From positions 2,848,001 to 2,912,000 of the forward strand of contig CBDCTK010000002.1 of assembly GCA_965222225.1 (NCBI GenBank): a stretch of DNA of 64,000 bases, read 5' to 3'. This stretch comes from Candidatus Poribacteria bacterium. GTDB lineage: Bacteria; Poribacteria; WGA-4E; JAJDTR01. Shown here piece after piece: positions 31,284-41,934 of the stretch. Each line of letters starts with the position of its first letter. Position 1 is the stretch's first letter. The position numbers were made by a program, and so were the translations under genes. The notes under the pieces are model-generated. The model made no database searches. It was not told where the DNA came from and saw only the letters and a program-made list of their open reading frames with translations.

Positions 31284-33527
31284 GTGAGACAGTTTTGCAC
31301 TGATTTTCTATTCGTATTATGCCTCTGCCCCTGTATTGCCTTTGGACAACAGTCTTCAAGCCAGTCCGGAGAAATCTACGGCACAGTCTATCAACAAACT
31401 CTTAAACCGCCTATCGAATCGGCACAGGTTCGCATCGTTGAAACTAATCAACGCGTGCTAACTAATGCGAATGGCGAGTTTCAGTTTCGTAGCCTGCCCC
31501 CCGGAAAATATACTCTCACCGCAAACGCTTCAGGGTATTCTCCTTCAACAGATGTCGTAGTTACCGTTACGTCGGCGGAAGCCGCCCGTGTTGAAATTTA
31601 TCTTGAGCCGGTTGTCGTCTCGCTTGACGAAGTAGAGGTGACGGCGGATCGTCCTTTGCCCTCGGTTGGCAGACAGAGTTTGGGCGGCACGGAGATTCAG
31701 CGCCTCCCCGGCACCGCAGGGGACGCCCTGCGCGCCCTGCAATCCTTGCCTGCCGTCGGTGTGGCAAACGATTTCAGCGGCGCCCTGTATATCCGCGGCG
31801 GCTCCGATGAAGATAATCTCTTTTACTTTGACCGGGTACCGATCGGTTACCCCTATCATTTCGGCGGAATCGTCTCGTCCCTCAGTTCGGAAATCATTGA
31901 GCGGATTGATGTCTACGCCGGCGGTTACGGCGCCGAATTTGGCGTCGATTCTCAAGCGGTTATCGACATCTATTCCCGGAACAAAAACACGGGCGGTTTC
32001 GGTGCAAAATTCAACCTTAACCTGCTCTACTCCGAAGGGTTATTAGAGGGAAAGATTGGCGATAAAGGGTTTTGGTATGCTGCCGGACGGAGGAGTTACA
32101 TCGATCTGTTTCTTAGGTCGTTGTCGTTTGATAGCGGACAAATCACCGCTTTTCCCCGGTTCTGGGATTATCAGGTGAAAGGAGGATATGACCTCTCTGA
32201 AAAGCATCAACTCTCTCTCAACCTGTTCGCTTCAGGCGACAGCTTCGCGCTCAAGCTAGATGGCGAGGATGTGGACGAGGATGTAAGAGGCAACATTAGC
32301 TTTGGCAGCGGTTTCGAGGGAACTGGCATTCACCTGCGTTCACTTCTCACTGACCGGCTGAAATCCTATCTATCCTTGACCCGTTCCTATTTCGCGTTCG
32401 ATGTTAATATAGGCGCTGAACTTTCCCTCAAAGTTGACGCTCCACAGTACGTGATTCGCGAGGACCTCACCTACACGCTAACGCCGAAACATCAAATTGA
32501 ATCCGGTTTTATACTTGGGCTTGAACCGGGCAACGCTACCGGCACATTTCTGCGTCCGCCCGACGAGGGCGAAGTCGATTACGATCCGCGGTTTCTCGAC
32601 AAGCAGACGATTGACGAATCCTCACTTGGCAAGCGAATTGAAATCTACCTGCAAGATCGATACACGCTATTGCCATTTCTGTCCGTTGTGCTCGGTCTAC
32701 GAACGGATTACTTGAATCTTATTGATGAACTTTCCATCCAACCGCGCGGCAGCCTCTTGTTTGAAATTTCGGGAGGCACTCAAGTCCAATTCTCTTACGG
32801 CAACTATCAGCAAGTGCCAGGCCCACCGCGGCTTACCCGGAGCGTCGGGAACCCGGAGTTGAACACAAGCCAAGCCAGCCACTACGTTGTGGAGTTTACG
32901 CGTGAACTCTCGGAGGCGACTGAAATCAAAGTCGCCGGCTACTACAAGAACCTTGTTGGCCTTGTGACAAACGACGACGATGTGAGGTATCTCAATCAAG
33001 GCGTTGGATTCGCGCAGGGGACCGAGGTGTTCCTACGTCATCAAACCGGGGAGCGATTCCTGGGCTGGGGTTCTTATGCCTATGGACTCTCCAAACGGCG
33101 TGACCGCCCCGGCGAACCGTATCGCTACTATTCCTTCGATCAAACGCATGTGGCTACCTTTGCGGCGACTTACAGTCCGACTCCAACGTGGGAGATTGGC
33201 GCAAAATGGCAGTACCGAACCGGCAATCCCTATACTCCGGTGTTAGGCGCAAACTTGCAATCCGATCCCCGCAACGGGGAATCTATTTATGTCCCAATTT
33301 ACGCGGAGACAAATTCGGCACGGTTGCCGGCATATCATCGGCTTGATGCGAAGGTCAGTAAAGCCTTTCGCTTTGAAAATTGGCAGATGCGCGTCTTTCT
33401 CGAACTGTTGAACGTCTATAACCGCAAGAACCTTCTCGACTTCAGCTACAGCGACGATTATACGGAAAAGGACGACATCTACCAATTTCCGATTATCCCG
33501 TACTTGGGCATAATCGCCGAGTTATAA
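31284..33527 (+). CDS. TonB-dependent receptor with N-terminal carboxypeptidase-regulatory-like domain
   Basis: Plug LYIRGG..DN.FYFD, GGYGAEFG; barrel ending RLPAYHRLD, NVYNRKN, GIIAEL. Confidence 0.92.
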   Translation: MRQFCTDFLFVLCLCPCIAFGQQSSSQSGEIYGTVYQQTLKPPIESAQVRIVETNQRVLTNANGEFQFRSLPPGKYTLTANASGYSPSTDVVVTVTSAEAARVEIYLEPVVVSLDEVEVTADRPLPSVGRQSLGGTEIQRLPGTAGDALRALQSLPAVGVANDFSGALYIRGGSDEDNLFYFDRVPIGYPYHFGGIVSSLSSEIIERIDVYAGGYGAEFGVDSQAVIDIYSRNKNTGGFGAKFNLNLLYSEGLLEGKIGDKGFWYAAGRRSYIDLFLRSLSFDSGQITAFPRFWDYQVKGGYDLSEKHQLSLNLFASGDSFALKLDGEDVDEDVRGNISFGSGFEGTGIHLRSLLTDRLKSYLSLTRSYFAFDVNIGAELSLKVDAPQYVIREDLTYTLTPKHQIESGFILGLEPGNATGTFLRPPDEGEVDYDPRFLDKQTIDESSLGKRIEIYLQDRYTLLPFLSVVLGLRTDYLNLIDELSIQPRGSLLFEISGGTQVQFSYGNYQQVPGPPRLTRSVGNPELNTSQASHYVVEFTRELSEATEIKVAGYYKNLVGLVTNDDDVRYLNQGVGFAQGTEVFLRHQTGERFLGWGSYAYGLSKRRDRPGEPYRYYSFDQTHVATFAATYSPTPTWEIGAKWQYRTGNPYTPVLGANLQSDPRNGESIYVPIYAETNSARLPAYHRLDAKVSKAFRFENWQMRVFLELLNVYNRKNLLDFSYSDDYTEKDDIYQFPIIPYLGIIAEL

Positions 33528-33770
33528 TGGTTTCTGGGCGTAGAAGCGCCTTAATGTTCCAAGTCTATGCCCATTCTCGGGAGGGCGGAGTCTTCAAAAA
33601 CAGCGATTCTGTCCCTCGTCGTCTTGTTGTCCTTTCCTTGTAAAGTGGAATTTTCGGTAATCAAATCACCAATTTTCCCTCCCTGCACCGATCCTTTTAA
33701 TCGTATTCTACAGGGGCCTCTGTTCCTCCTTTGAGTTTCATCTCCCGTTTCACAATCCTCAATAACAAAT

Positions 33771-33794
33771 GGGATACGATCTTTGCATCCCTAC
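33771..33794 (-). repeat. GTAG REP-like hairpin
   Basis: gggatacgatctttgcatccctac. Confidence 0.55.
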
Positions 33795-33804
33795 GATATC
33801 TTGG

Positions 33805-33833
33805 TTGATAAACCTGGCAATTTATGATATAAT
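33805..33833 (+). promoter_or_regulatory. Sigma70 promoter of the rpsF operon
   Basis: TTGATA-N17-TATAAT with extended TGn. Confidence 0.75.
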
Positions 33834-33842
33834 TGGGCGAAT

Positions 33843-33912
33843 CTCTGCTCCGCCTTGTTTTCTAATTGAAAACCTCAATACCGATGCGGAGCCACATGTC
33901 CAAAGGGAGGAT
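33843..33912 (+). promoter_or_regulatory. Candidate S6:S18 ribosomal leader
   Basis: GCTCCGC...GCGGAGC stem followed by CCA...GTCCAAAGGGAGG, just before rpsF. Confidence 0.5.
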
Positions 33913-33920
33913 TAGCAATA

Positions 33921-34394
33921 TTGCGAGAATATGAATTAGTTCTGATCATCAACCCGGAACTTGACGACACCGAGACCGAGTCGCTCATTGAAGGAGTCAA
34001 GAGTAATATCGAATCCAATGGCGGCGAAGTGCTCAAGGTTGATCCATGGGGAAAGAAACGACTTGCTTTTCCCATCAAGAAACATAACGACGGCTACTAT
34101 GTTCTACTCATCTTTAGAAGCGAACCGGCTTTTGTTCCCCAACTCAGCAATTCGTTTCGGGTGATAGAATCTATCATTCGTGACATGGTGGTGCTGTTTG
34201 AAGGCGATCTTGACAAAGTTATCTCTCTGAGGGAAGCACGCCCGCCACGCGAGACGGACACGTCACTTCCGTTGAAAGAGGAAAACGAGCAGGTTGCCCT
34301 GGATACAGAATCGGAAGACGAGGATAACGTATCGGAAGTTGATAGTGAAGGTGAAGATCAGGTCGGAGAAGAAGCAGCCCCTGATAACTCCTAG
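33921..34394 (+). CDS. rpsF: 30S ribosomal protein S6 with acidic C-terminal extension
   Basis: MREYELVLIINP, WGKKRLAFPI; TTG start after GGGAGG. Confidence 0.97.
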   Translation: MREYELVLIINPELDDTETESLIEGVKSNIESNGGEVLKVDPWGKKRLAFPIKKHNDGYYVLLIFRSEPAFVPQLSNSFRVIESIIRDMVVLFEGDLDKVISLREARPPRETDTSLPLKEENEQVALDTESEDEDNVSEVDSEGEDQVGEEAAPDNS

Positions 34395-34428
34395 CATGGA
34401 TAAGCGCTAAATATAAGGAGATGATACT

Positions 34429-34866
34429 ATGGCAAGTTATAACAAAGTCATACTCATGGGTAACTTGACCCGCGATCCGGAACTGAAATATCTTCCGAGC
34501 GGATCGGCTGTGACAAATGTCGGGTTAGCCACGAATCGCGTTTGGACTGATCGCGAGTCTGGTGAAAAAAGGGAAGAGGTCTGTTTTGTTGATCTGGAGG
34601 CGTTTGGAAGAACGGCTGAAACCATGAACGAATACCTTCAAAAAGGTAGGCCAGTATTTATCGAAGGACGCCTTAGATTTCGAACTTGGGAACAAGACGA
34701 TGGGCAGAAGCGAAGTAAGCACGATGTCCTTGTAGAGCGATTTCAGTTTCTAGGTGGTCGTCAAGACGGTAGTGAGCAAGGCGGGTATAGCCGGCCGGGC
34801 GACGGGGCGCCTCAGGCTTCCGCATCTGACGCCGGCCCAGCCACTGACGACGATATCCCCTTCTAG
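34429..34866 (+). CDS. ssb: Single-stranded DNA-binding protein
   Basis: NKVILMGNLTRDPE, DDDIPF tail. Confidence 0.98.
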   Translation: MASYNKVILMGNLTRDPELKYLPSGSAVTNVGLATNRVWTDRESGEKREEVCFVDLEAFGRTAETMNEYLQKGRPVFIEGRLRFRTWEQDDGQKRSKHDVLVERFQFLGGRQDGSEQGGYSRPGDGAPQASASDAGPATDDDIPF

Positions 34867-34903
34867 CGGCATCTGTTGTCCCTACGGCAAGTTTATTAAT
34901 CTG

Positions 34904-34931
34904 AAAGCGGGCAAAATTGTGCCCGCTTTTT
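34904..34931 (+). terminator. Intrinsic terminator-like hairpin between ssb and rpsR
   Basis: AAAGCGGGCA-AAATTG-TGCCCGCTTT-TT. Confidence 0.55.
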
Positions 34932-34964
34932 CCACGTAAATAGGAGAGTAAGAGGAATCTGATT

Positions 34965-35174
34965 ATGGCTGTACGCAAACGTTGTCGCCTGTGTACCGGA
35001 AAAATCACGGCGGTAGATTATAAAGATGTTTCTATGCTCAAGAATTTTACTAGCGAGCGTGGCAAAATCATCACGCGGCGAGCTTCGGCGAATTGTGCGA
35101 GACATCAGAAGTTAGTTACTCGCGCTGTCAAACGTGCCCGCATCGTTGCTTTATTGCCATTCAGCAAACAGTAA
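34965..35174 (+). CDS. rpsR: 30S ribosomal protein S18 (Zn-binding C+ type)
   Basis: CRLC, VDYKD, ERGKI, CARHQ, KRAR..ALLPF. Confidence 0.97.
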   Translation: MAVRKRCRLCTGKITAVDYKDVSMLKNFTSERGKIITRRASANCARHQKLVTRAVKRARIVALLPFSKQ

Positions 35175-35215
35175 GTTCGTGAGCGAACTTTTGTAATAGC
35201 GTAGCGAGGAGTCTG

Positions 35216-35662
35216 ATGGAAATCATTCTTAAAAAAACAGTGGATGGTCTTGGGAGCGGAGGAGACGTAGTCAAAGTAGCTAACGGCTATGCGCGCAACT
35301 ATCTCATTCCCATGCAACTCGCCATCCAAGCGACGGAGCAGAATCGTCGCCTGTTCGAACAGGATAAGCATATCCTAGAGAATCTCGAAACCAAAGAGAA
35401 GGCGCGCGCCGAACAGATTGCCGCGAGTATTGCCGAGGTTACGTGTACGATCCAGAGACGTTCCGGCGAAAATGACCGGCTTTTCGGGTCTGTTACGTCA
35501 ATGGACATTGCGGAAGTGCTATCCGCCCAGTCCATTGAGATTGATCGGCGTCAAATCGAATTGGACGATCCGATTAGAGAGCTGGGTGTTTTCACGGTGC
35601 CAATCCGTCTACATACCGAGGTAGTGGCGGATTTACGGGTTGTCGTCGAACGCGAAAAGTAG
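35216..35662 (+). CDS. rplI: 50S ribosomal protein L9
   Basis: LGSGGDVVKVANGYARNYLIP, LFGSVT. Confidence 0.98.
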   Translation: MEIILKKTVDGLGSGGDVVKVANGYARNYLIPMQLAIQATEQNRRLFEQDKHILENLETKEKARAEQIAASIAEVTCTIQRRSGENDRLFGSVTSMDIAEVLSAQSIEIDRRQIELDDPIRELGVFTVPIRLHTEVVADLRVVVEREK

Positions 35663-35760
35663 CCTCAATGTCGGATCGGATGGTAGGTGTCAAAGGTCTT
35701 GCCCAGTTTTTTTGAGGCATCAATTATCCACGGAGTTTAAGCCCGAGAAGGTAATCTTCA

Positions 35761-37101
35761 ATGGCGTCGCCTGAACCAGTTGAACCCCTTCATGATAGAG
35801 AAGCAGAACGGGCAGTGCTAGGCGCAATGCTAATGGATACGGATGTTATCCCGCGCGTCATGCCGATTTTGGGTGAAACCCCCGAAGCCTTTTTTACGAC
35901 GGATCACCGAATCATTTATTCCGCCGCCGTGGATGTCTACGATCAGCATAGCAAGGCGGATATAATTCTTGTCGCTGACCATCTCAAGAAGACGGATCAG
36001 TTGAAGCGCGTCGGTGGCACAATCTACCTGTACGACCTTCAAGCCAGGATTGTTGAAACCGAGAACACCGAGTTTCACGCGCAGATTGTCCGGGACAAGT
36101 GGATGCGCCGCCAACTCATCCAAGCGAGTGCGACGATTCGAGAGATTGCCCAAGACGGAGAGAAGGACCTCGTTGATGTACTAGACGAGTCTCAGGAAGA
36201 AATCTTCCGATTGAATAGTCTGAACACCCATCGTGGATTTATACCGCTTGGATCGCTCATAAATCAAAGCCTCAAAGACATTGAGGAACTATATCACAAG
36301 AAAGAACAGTATGTCGGCATACCGAGTGGGTTCACGGACCTGGATATATTGACCTCGGGGTTACAACGTGGGGATTTAATCATTATCGCCGCCCGGCCCA
36401 GTATGGGAAAAACCACTCTTGTGCTAAACATCGCTCAAAACATTGCGCTCGATCAGGAACTTCCCGTTGCCGTATTCAGTCTTGAGATGCCGGCGCGCCA
36501 GGTGGCAATGCGGATGCTTGCCGCCGAAGCTCAGATAGATTTCGCGAAGCTTCGGATAGGAAATATCACAGATCAGAATTGGTCAAATCTCACTCAAGGC
36601 GCAACTACCTTGATGGAAGCGGGCAACCGAATTTCTATCCATGAGGCCCGCGGAATCACCATACAGACAGTGCGCGCGGAGGCTAGGCGGCTCAAGTCTC
36701 AACAGGAAAACTTGGCGTTGATCATAGTTGATTATTTGCAACTGCTGAGAGGGACGGGCCAATATACGGGACGAGAACAGGAGATAGCCGAAATTTCCCG
36801 CGCGCTCAAGGCGCTTGCTTGGGAGTTGGATGTACCAATTATTGCCTGTTCACAACTCAACCGCGAGCTGGAGAGACGTCCTGACAAACGCCCCCAACTG
36901 GCGGATCTGAGGGAATCAGGCGCAATTGAACAGGATGCCGACTTGGTGGTTTTCTTGCATCGGGATGATTATTACGACGAACAGTCCGAGGCGGCAGGTA
37001 TGGCAGACCTGATTATTCGAAAACAACGCAACGGCGCTACCGGTACCGTCCAACTGGAGTTCATTAAAGAGCAAATGCGGTTTGCCAATCTCCAGGTCTA
37101 A
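35761..37101 (+). CDS. dnaB: Replicative DNA helicase
   Basis: AARPSMGKT, FSLEM, VDYLQL, DLRESGAIEQDAD, KQRNG. Confidence 0.98.
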   Translation: MASPEPVEPLHDREAERAVLGAMLMDTDVIPRVMPILGETPEAFFTTDHRIIYSAAVDVYDQHSKADIILVADHLKKTDQLKRVGGTIYLYDLQARIVETENTEFHAQIVRDKWMRRQLIQASATIREIAQDGEKDLVDVLDESQEEIFRLNSLNTHRGFIPLGSLINQSLKDIEELYHKKEQYVGIPSGFTDLDILTSGLQRGDLIIIAARPSMGKTTLVLNIAQNIALDQELPVAVFSLEMPARQVAMRMLAAEAQIDFAKLRIGNITDQNWSNLTQGATTLMEAGNRISIHEARGITIQTVRAEARRLKSQQENLALIIVDYLQLLRGTGQYTGREQEIAEISRALKALAWELDVPIIACSQLNRELERRPDKRPQLADLRESGAIEQDADLVVFLHRDDYYDEQSEAAGMADLIIRKQRNGATGTVQLEFIKEQMRFANLQV

Positions 37102-37212
37102 GGAGAGAAGGTCGGCGCTGGAACGGAAGCATTTTACTGCTAGAACCGGCGCAATATCATCGCCGCGCAACTTGCACCCCGGATTTTTTGTACTCCGCCT
37201 CTGGTATTCTAA

Positions 37213-38043
37213 ATGGCAGACCAACCTTCTGTCCCACAGCAAAAAACGGTCTCGTTACTTCGATTCGCTGATTTCGCCGGTAGACGAATTCTCTGCCGGC
37301 TTTCAGGCGTTGGTCGTGCGTCCATCTTCGTATTTCGAACCCTCGCGCTTCTTTTCAAACCTCCCTTCCAACTCAATTTACTCGTCCGGCAATTACGTCT
37401 AATCGGGGTTGATTCGCTGTCAGTTGTATTGGTATCAGGGGTTTTCACGGGCATGGTGTTAGCCACCCAAGGGTACATTCAACTAAGCGATCTGTCCGCG
37501 GAGGGGCAAATTGGCGGGTTTGTTTGTGTGTCGCTGATTAAGGAGTTGGGCCCGATGGTCACGGGGTTTGTACTCGCAGGCCGGATCGGCGCTTCAATTA
37601 CCGCCGAACTCGGAACCATGAAGGTGACGGAACAAATCGACGCACTTTCAGTCATGGGAACCGATCCAGTAAAATACCTCGTCGTTCCTCGATTCTTGGC
37701 TTGCGCGTATATGCTCCCAATTTTGACGGTTTTTTCGACCTTCTCCGGTATTGCGGGCGGATATTTTGTTGCTGTTTACCTATTCAGTATGAACGGCGTT
37801 TTCTTTATGAAGCAAGTACAGAGCTACTTGTTCATGAGCAGCATTTGTATTAGCCTCATCAAAGCGACTTCGTTCGGGATGGCGATTGCGTTAGTCGGCT
37901 GCTACAAAGGGTTCACTATCTCTGTAGCCGGTGGTGCGGAAGGCGTTGGCAAGGCAACCACAGGATCTGCGGTTGTTTCTCTAATGCTTATTCTGGTTCT
38001 GGATGTGCTACTGAACCATCTGCATTTACTCTTCTTCAACTGA
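37213..38043 (+). CDS. mlaE: MlaE-family ABC permease
   Basis: KELGP, AGRIGASITAELGTMKVTEQIDAL. Confidence 0.95.
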   Translation: MADQPSVPQQKTVSLLRFADFAGRRILCRLSGVGRASIFVFRTLALLFKPPFQLNLLVRQLRLIGVDSLSVVLVSGVFTGMVLATQGYIQLSDLSAEGQIGGFVCVSLIKELGPMVTGFVLAGRIGASITAELGTMKVTEQIDALSVMGTDPVKYLVVPRFLACAYMLPILTVFSTFSGIAGGYFVAVYLFSMNGVFFMKQVQSYLFMSSICISLIKATSFGMAIALVGCYKGFTISVAGGAEGVGKATTGSAVVSLMLILVLDVLLNHLHLLFFN

Positions 38044-38094
38044 AATAGGCGGTCACCGAGGGGCAATCCCGCGAGGGCCTATTATTCTTGGCTT

Positions 38095-38886
38095 ATGATT
38101 CAAATCAAAAATCTTTGGAAGAGTTTCGAAGGTAAGCAAGTATTAAAGGGGCTGGATCTGTGTATCCCTCGCAGTGAAACATTGGTCATTATGGGGCGCA
38201 GCGGATGCGGGAAGAGCCTGCTTTTGAAACTTATTACCGGTTTGATGCAGCCCGATGCCGGCGAAATCTTTGCAGACGGGGAAGAGATTTCGGGGCTGAA
38301 GTTCAGAGAACTGAATCACATGCGGCGCAAAATTGGAATGCTGTTCCAATCGGCGGCGCTGTTTGATTCGATGACTGTCGAGGAGAATGTCGGGTTTATG
38401 CTTGCCCAGCATACGAAACTGTCTAGGGCAGAGATTAGAGAGATTGTTATCGAGAAACTTCATCTGGTAGATTTGGATGGAACCGAGCACTTGAGACCTG
38501 CGGAACTCAGCGGTGGAATGCGGAAACGGGTTGGTCTTGCGCGTGCTATCGCTTTTGATCCCGAGGTGATTTTATATGACGAGCCCACAACGGGATTGGA
38601 TCCGGTTACCTGCGTCGAAATCAACAGATTGATTCAAAGCCTGCATATGAAACTTGATGTGACTTCTGTCGTCGTGACGCACGACATGGATAGTGCATTC
38701 ACCGTTGCTACGTACATGGCGATGATACATAACGGTAAGATTGTTGCTTTTGGTCGCCCAAACGAGATGCTTGAGAACGATGATCCGATTCTACAGCAGT
38801 TTATTCTTCTCGGCGCCCCAGAGCAGATTCTGAATGTTAACAATCCAGTATTGCGAGAGTTTATCCATAATTTACGGGAAGATTAA
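38095..38886 (+). CDS. mlaF: MlaF-family ABC ATPase
   Basis: GRSGCGKS, LSGGMRKRV, YDEPTTGLDP. Confidence 0.93.
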   Translation: MIQIKNLWKSFEGKQVLKGLDLCIPRSETLVIMGRSGCGKSLLLKLITGLMQPDAGEIFADGEEISGLKFRELNHMRRKIGMLFQSAALFDSMTVEENVGFMLAQHTKLSRAEIREIVIEKLHLVDLDGTEHLRPAELSGGMRKRVGLARAIAFDPEVILYDEPTTGLDPVTCVEINRLIQSLHMKLDVTSVVVTHDMDSAFTVATYMAMIHNGKIVAFGRPNEMLENDDPILQQFILLGAPEQILNVNNPVLREFIHNLRED

Positions 38887-38968
38887 TCTGCAGGTAAGTG
38901 CACCCATTACGGTTTATAGTGTTGTAAATCATGGCGCATTTTTCCGCCAAAATCGAAAAAAGAGGTAA

Positions 38969-40537
38969 TTGATGAATTCATGGACAACCCAGGCAAAAGT
39001 GGGTATTGTCGTTATAGTTGGGCTTGTATTACTTGCTGTTCTACTTGTTATGGCAACTGATTCGCCATTCGCCGCAAGCGGCGATCAGCTCACTGTTCAC
39101 TTTGAGCGTGTCAACGATCTTCAACGAGGCGCTGGCGTCTACCTTTCGGGAGTTGAGATTGGCAAAGTAACCGCCGTTGCATTGAAGACAACCGATGACA
39201 TCGTTGAAATTCGTATGCGCGTGAAAAACGCGTTTCAACTTCTCAGGCAGGGCTGTATAGTTAAGATTGGAATCATCGGTTTTGTGGGCGAAGCTTACAT
39301 TGATTTCGTCAATGGGCCGGTAGGCAACCCGCTCTTGAAACCTACGGATCTTCCACTAACCGGTCAAGCGCCCGTGGGCATACAGGACTTCCTTCAACAA
39401 TCGAATCAAGCTATCTTGGAGACAATACAACTCGCTCAATCGGCAGATGAATTGATTAAGTTGAATCAAGAGAACATACAGCAGGGCATCGCGGATGTGC
39501 GGCAGCTAGTGGCTCAGACAGGAGAAGCTGTAGAAAGAGCAAGCAAAAACGCGCAAGAAACGGTTGAAACCGTTAAGCGATTAGCCACCGAGAACGATCG
39601 GCGTTTCGAACAAACGCTTGAACGCGGGAATCAGTTGTTGGAACAACTGATGGGAGACTCCCGGCTTCTCGGTGAACGTGCGGATGCCATCACAAGTTCG
39701 GTTCTTGACCTCGTGAATCGAAATTCCGCTTCGATTGATCGGACTGTCACGGACTTGAATGCGGGATCTTCCGATTTTCGCCAACTTTTCCAACAGCTAC
39801 GTAAAGATCTTGGGGAGCTAAATGCTGAACTTTCGGGTTTGGTGGCTGAAAGTCGAAACCTCATTGAATCTGATGCGCCGAAATTGAACCAGATTCTGGC
39901 GAATATTGCGGATATGACCGCTGATCTGGAGGAGCTTCCCGAGAACCTCAATCAGATTCTAGACAAAGTCCAACACGGCGATGGAAGTTTAGCCCAATTG
40001 TTGAACAAACCCGACACGGTCCATGAGGCGCGCGAAATATTAAAAACAATTAAGGACGCCGTAGGGGAGATACACAGTTTTTCGGGGAAGGTGGACGAGC
40101 GGTTTGCCGACCTCAAAACCCCGGAGTTGGCATGGGATTATGAGCTCCGTTATCTCAGTCTTGAGGAGAGCCTTCATAATGAACTCGCACTACTGTTGTT
40201 GCCGTCGCTTACGCAGCGTTACCGATTTGGTTTTGGGGTGCGAGATAAAGATGTAAAATTTGAGTTCCAGTATGCTCAAGATTTCTTCGACGGACGCCTA
40301 CGTGGACGACTCGGGTTCATGCGTTCAAGGGCAGGGCTGGGGATGGATGTCTGGTTGTTGTCTCGACGGCTTGGGTTGACCCTTGAAGGGTTTCATCTAA
40401 CTAGCAAAAACCCCGAACTCAATGCGGAGGTGGCGTGGAGGTTCTTCCGCTATGGACATCTGATTATCGGCGCCGAAAATCTCACTGATGATATCCGCTA
40501 CACGGCGGGTATTCGACTGGTTGGTAGAAATTGGTAA
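38969..40537 (+). CDS. mlaD: Long MlaD/MCE protein with coiled coil and C-terminal beta-strand domain
   Basis: TM anchor, GAGVYLSGVEIGKV MCE motif, ~250-aa helical region, amphipathic beta C-terminus. Confidence 0.88.
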   Translation: MMNSWTTQAKVGIVVIVGLVLLAVLLVMATDSPFAASGDQLTVHFERVNDLQRGAGVYLSGVEIGKVTAVALKTTDDIVEIRMRVKNAFQLLRQGCIVKIGIIGFVGEAYIDFVNGPVGNPLLKPTDLPLTGQAPVGIQDFLQQSNQAILETIQLAQSADELIKLNQENIQQGIADVRQLVAQTGEAVERASKNAQETVETVKRLATENDRRFEQTLERGNQLLEQLMGDSRLLGERADAITSSVLDLVNRNSASIDRTVTDLNAGSSDFRQLFQQLRKDLGELNAELSGLVAESRNLIESDAPKLNQILANIADMTADLEELPENLNQILDKVQHGDGSLAQLLNKPDTVHEAREILKTIKDAVGEIHSFSGKVDERFADLKTPELAWDYELRYLSLEESLHNELALLLLPSLTQRYRFGFGVRDKDVKFEFQYAQDFFDGRLRGRLGFMRSRAGLGMDVWLLSRRLGLTLEGFHLTSKNPELNAEVAWRFFRYGHLIIGAENLTDDIRYTAGIRLVGRNW

Positions 40538-40572
40538 ACCGGTTCATAGCCTGAATTCCCAAGTCGAAATCA

Positions 40573-41934
40573 ATGGCAAAAGAACGTCGGCAGTTTGTCT
40601 GTCAGGAATGCGGATACGTTTCTCTCAAATGGCTAGGCAGGTGTCCCGAGTGCCAAAAGTGGAACAGTCTTACCGAAGAAATTGAGTTTGAAACATCGCC
40701 ACCGACGCATCGCACAATTGGAAAGCCTGCGCGTCAGCCAGAGCCAATTATGGAGATTGCCGCAAGTGAAGAAGATCGGCGCTTCACCGGCATTCGTGAA
40801 TTCGATCGAGTGCTTGGCGATGGGATTGTTCCCGGATCCGTCATACTGATTGGCGGCGATCCGGGCATCGGTAAATCGACGCTGCTACTGCAAGCCAGTG
40901 ACGCCGTAAGTCGGGTTTACGGCACGGTGCTATACGTTACCGGCGAAGAATCTGCCGCCCAGACCAAGCTCCGCGCGAACCGCCTCGGACTCTCATCAGA
41001 GGCGTTGCTCGTGTTGTGCGAAAACGACCTTGAAAAAATTGAGACACATATTGTGGCGATTCAGCCAAGCATGGTGGTCATCGATTCAATTCAAGCGGTC
41101 TATTTGCCGGCGTTGCAGTCGGCGCCCGGCAGCGTAACTCAGATACGCGAATGTGCGGGACAGTTGCTCATCCTCGCGAAGAGCAAGGATATACCGGTTG
41201 TGCTTGTGGGCCACGTTACCAAGGATGGAGCGTTGGCGGGACCACGAATGTTAGAGCACATTGTGGATACCGTGCTCTATTTTGAAGGTGAACAGCAGCA
41301 TATCTATCGAGTATTGCGTGCCGTCAAGAATCGATTCGGATCAACCAACGAAATCGGGATTTTTGAAATGCTGAGCCGAGGGTTGGTGGATGTAGAGAAC
41401 CCGTCCGAGCTATTCCTTGGCGATAGGCAGGAAAACATTTCGGGCTCTGTTGTTGTGTCAAGTATTGAGGGCACGCGCCCTCTTCTCTTGGAACTTCAGG
41501 CGCTCGTTTCGCCATCAAACTTCGCTTTCCCGCGCAACACAACCGCCGGGGTGGATCGCCAGAGAATTGCGATTCTGGTCGCTGTGTTGCATAAACGTAT
41601 CGGGATGAACATTGGCGATTCGGACGTGTTCGTCAATATCACCGGGGGCGTTCGTGTAGATGAGCCCGGGATCGACCTCGGGATTGTCATAGCGATTATA
41701 TCCAACCACCGCGACATTACGATTGACCCTTATACCGTCCTAATTGGCGAGGTTGGATTAGGTGGTGAGGTCCGCTCGGTAGCGCATATCGACAAGCGGC
41801 TACGCGAAGCGGCAAAACTTGGTTTCAAACGCGCAATACTGCCGGAAACTAATCGCAAGGGACTGGACTTGACCGAGGACATTGAGTTGTTTGGAGCGAA
41901 GAATCTCCATGATGTATTAGGCATTTTGTTTTAG
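40573..41934 (+). CDS. radA: DNA repair protein RadA/Sms
   Basis: CQECG..KWLGRCPEC, GDPGIGKST, KNRFG. Confidence 0.98.
   Translation: MAKERRQFVCQECGYVSLKWLGRCPECQKWNSLTEEIEFETSPPTHRTIGKPARQPEPIMEIAASEEDRRFTGIREFDRVLGDGIVPGSVILIGGDPGIGKSTLLLQASDAVSRVYGTVLYVTGEESAAQTKLRANRLGLSSEALLVLCENDLEKIETHIVAIQPSMVVIDSIQAVYLPALQSAPGSVTQIRECAGQLLILAKSKDIPVVLVGHVTKDGALAGPRMLEHIVDTVLYFEGEQQHIYRVLRAVKNRFGSTNEIGIFEMLSRGLVDVENPSELFLGDRQENISGSVVVSSIEGTRPLLLELQALVSPSNFAFPRNTTAGVDRQRIAILVAVLHKRIGMNIGDSDVFVNITGGVRVDEPGIDLGIVIAIISNHRDITIDPYTVLIGEVGLGGEVRSVAHIDKRLREAAKLGFKRAILPETNRKGLDLTEDIELFGAKNLHDVLGILF

Noticed and set aside
31157-31284. Cobalamin or TPP riboswitch upstream of the TonB-dependent receptor
   Set aside because: No recognisable conserved boxes.
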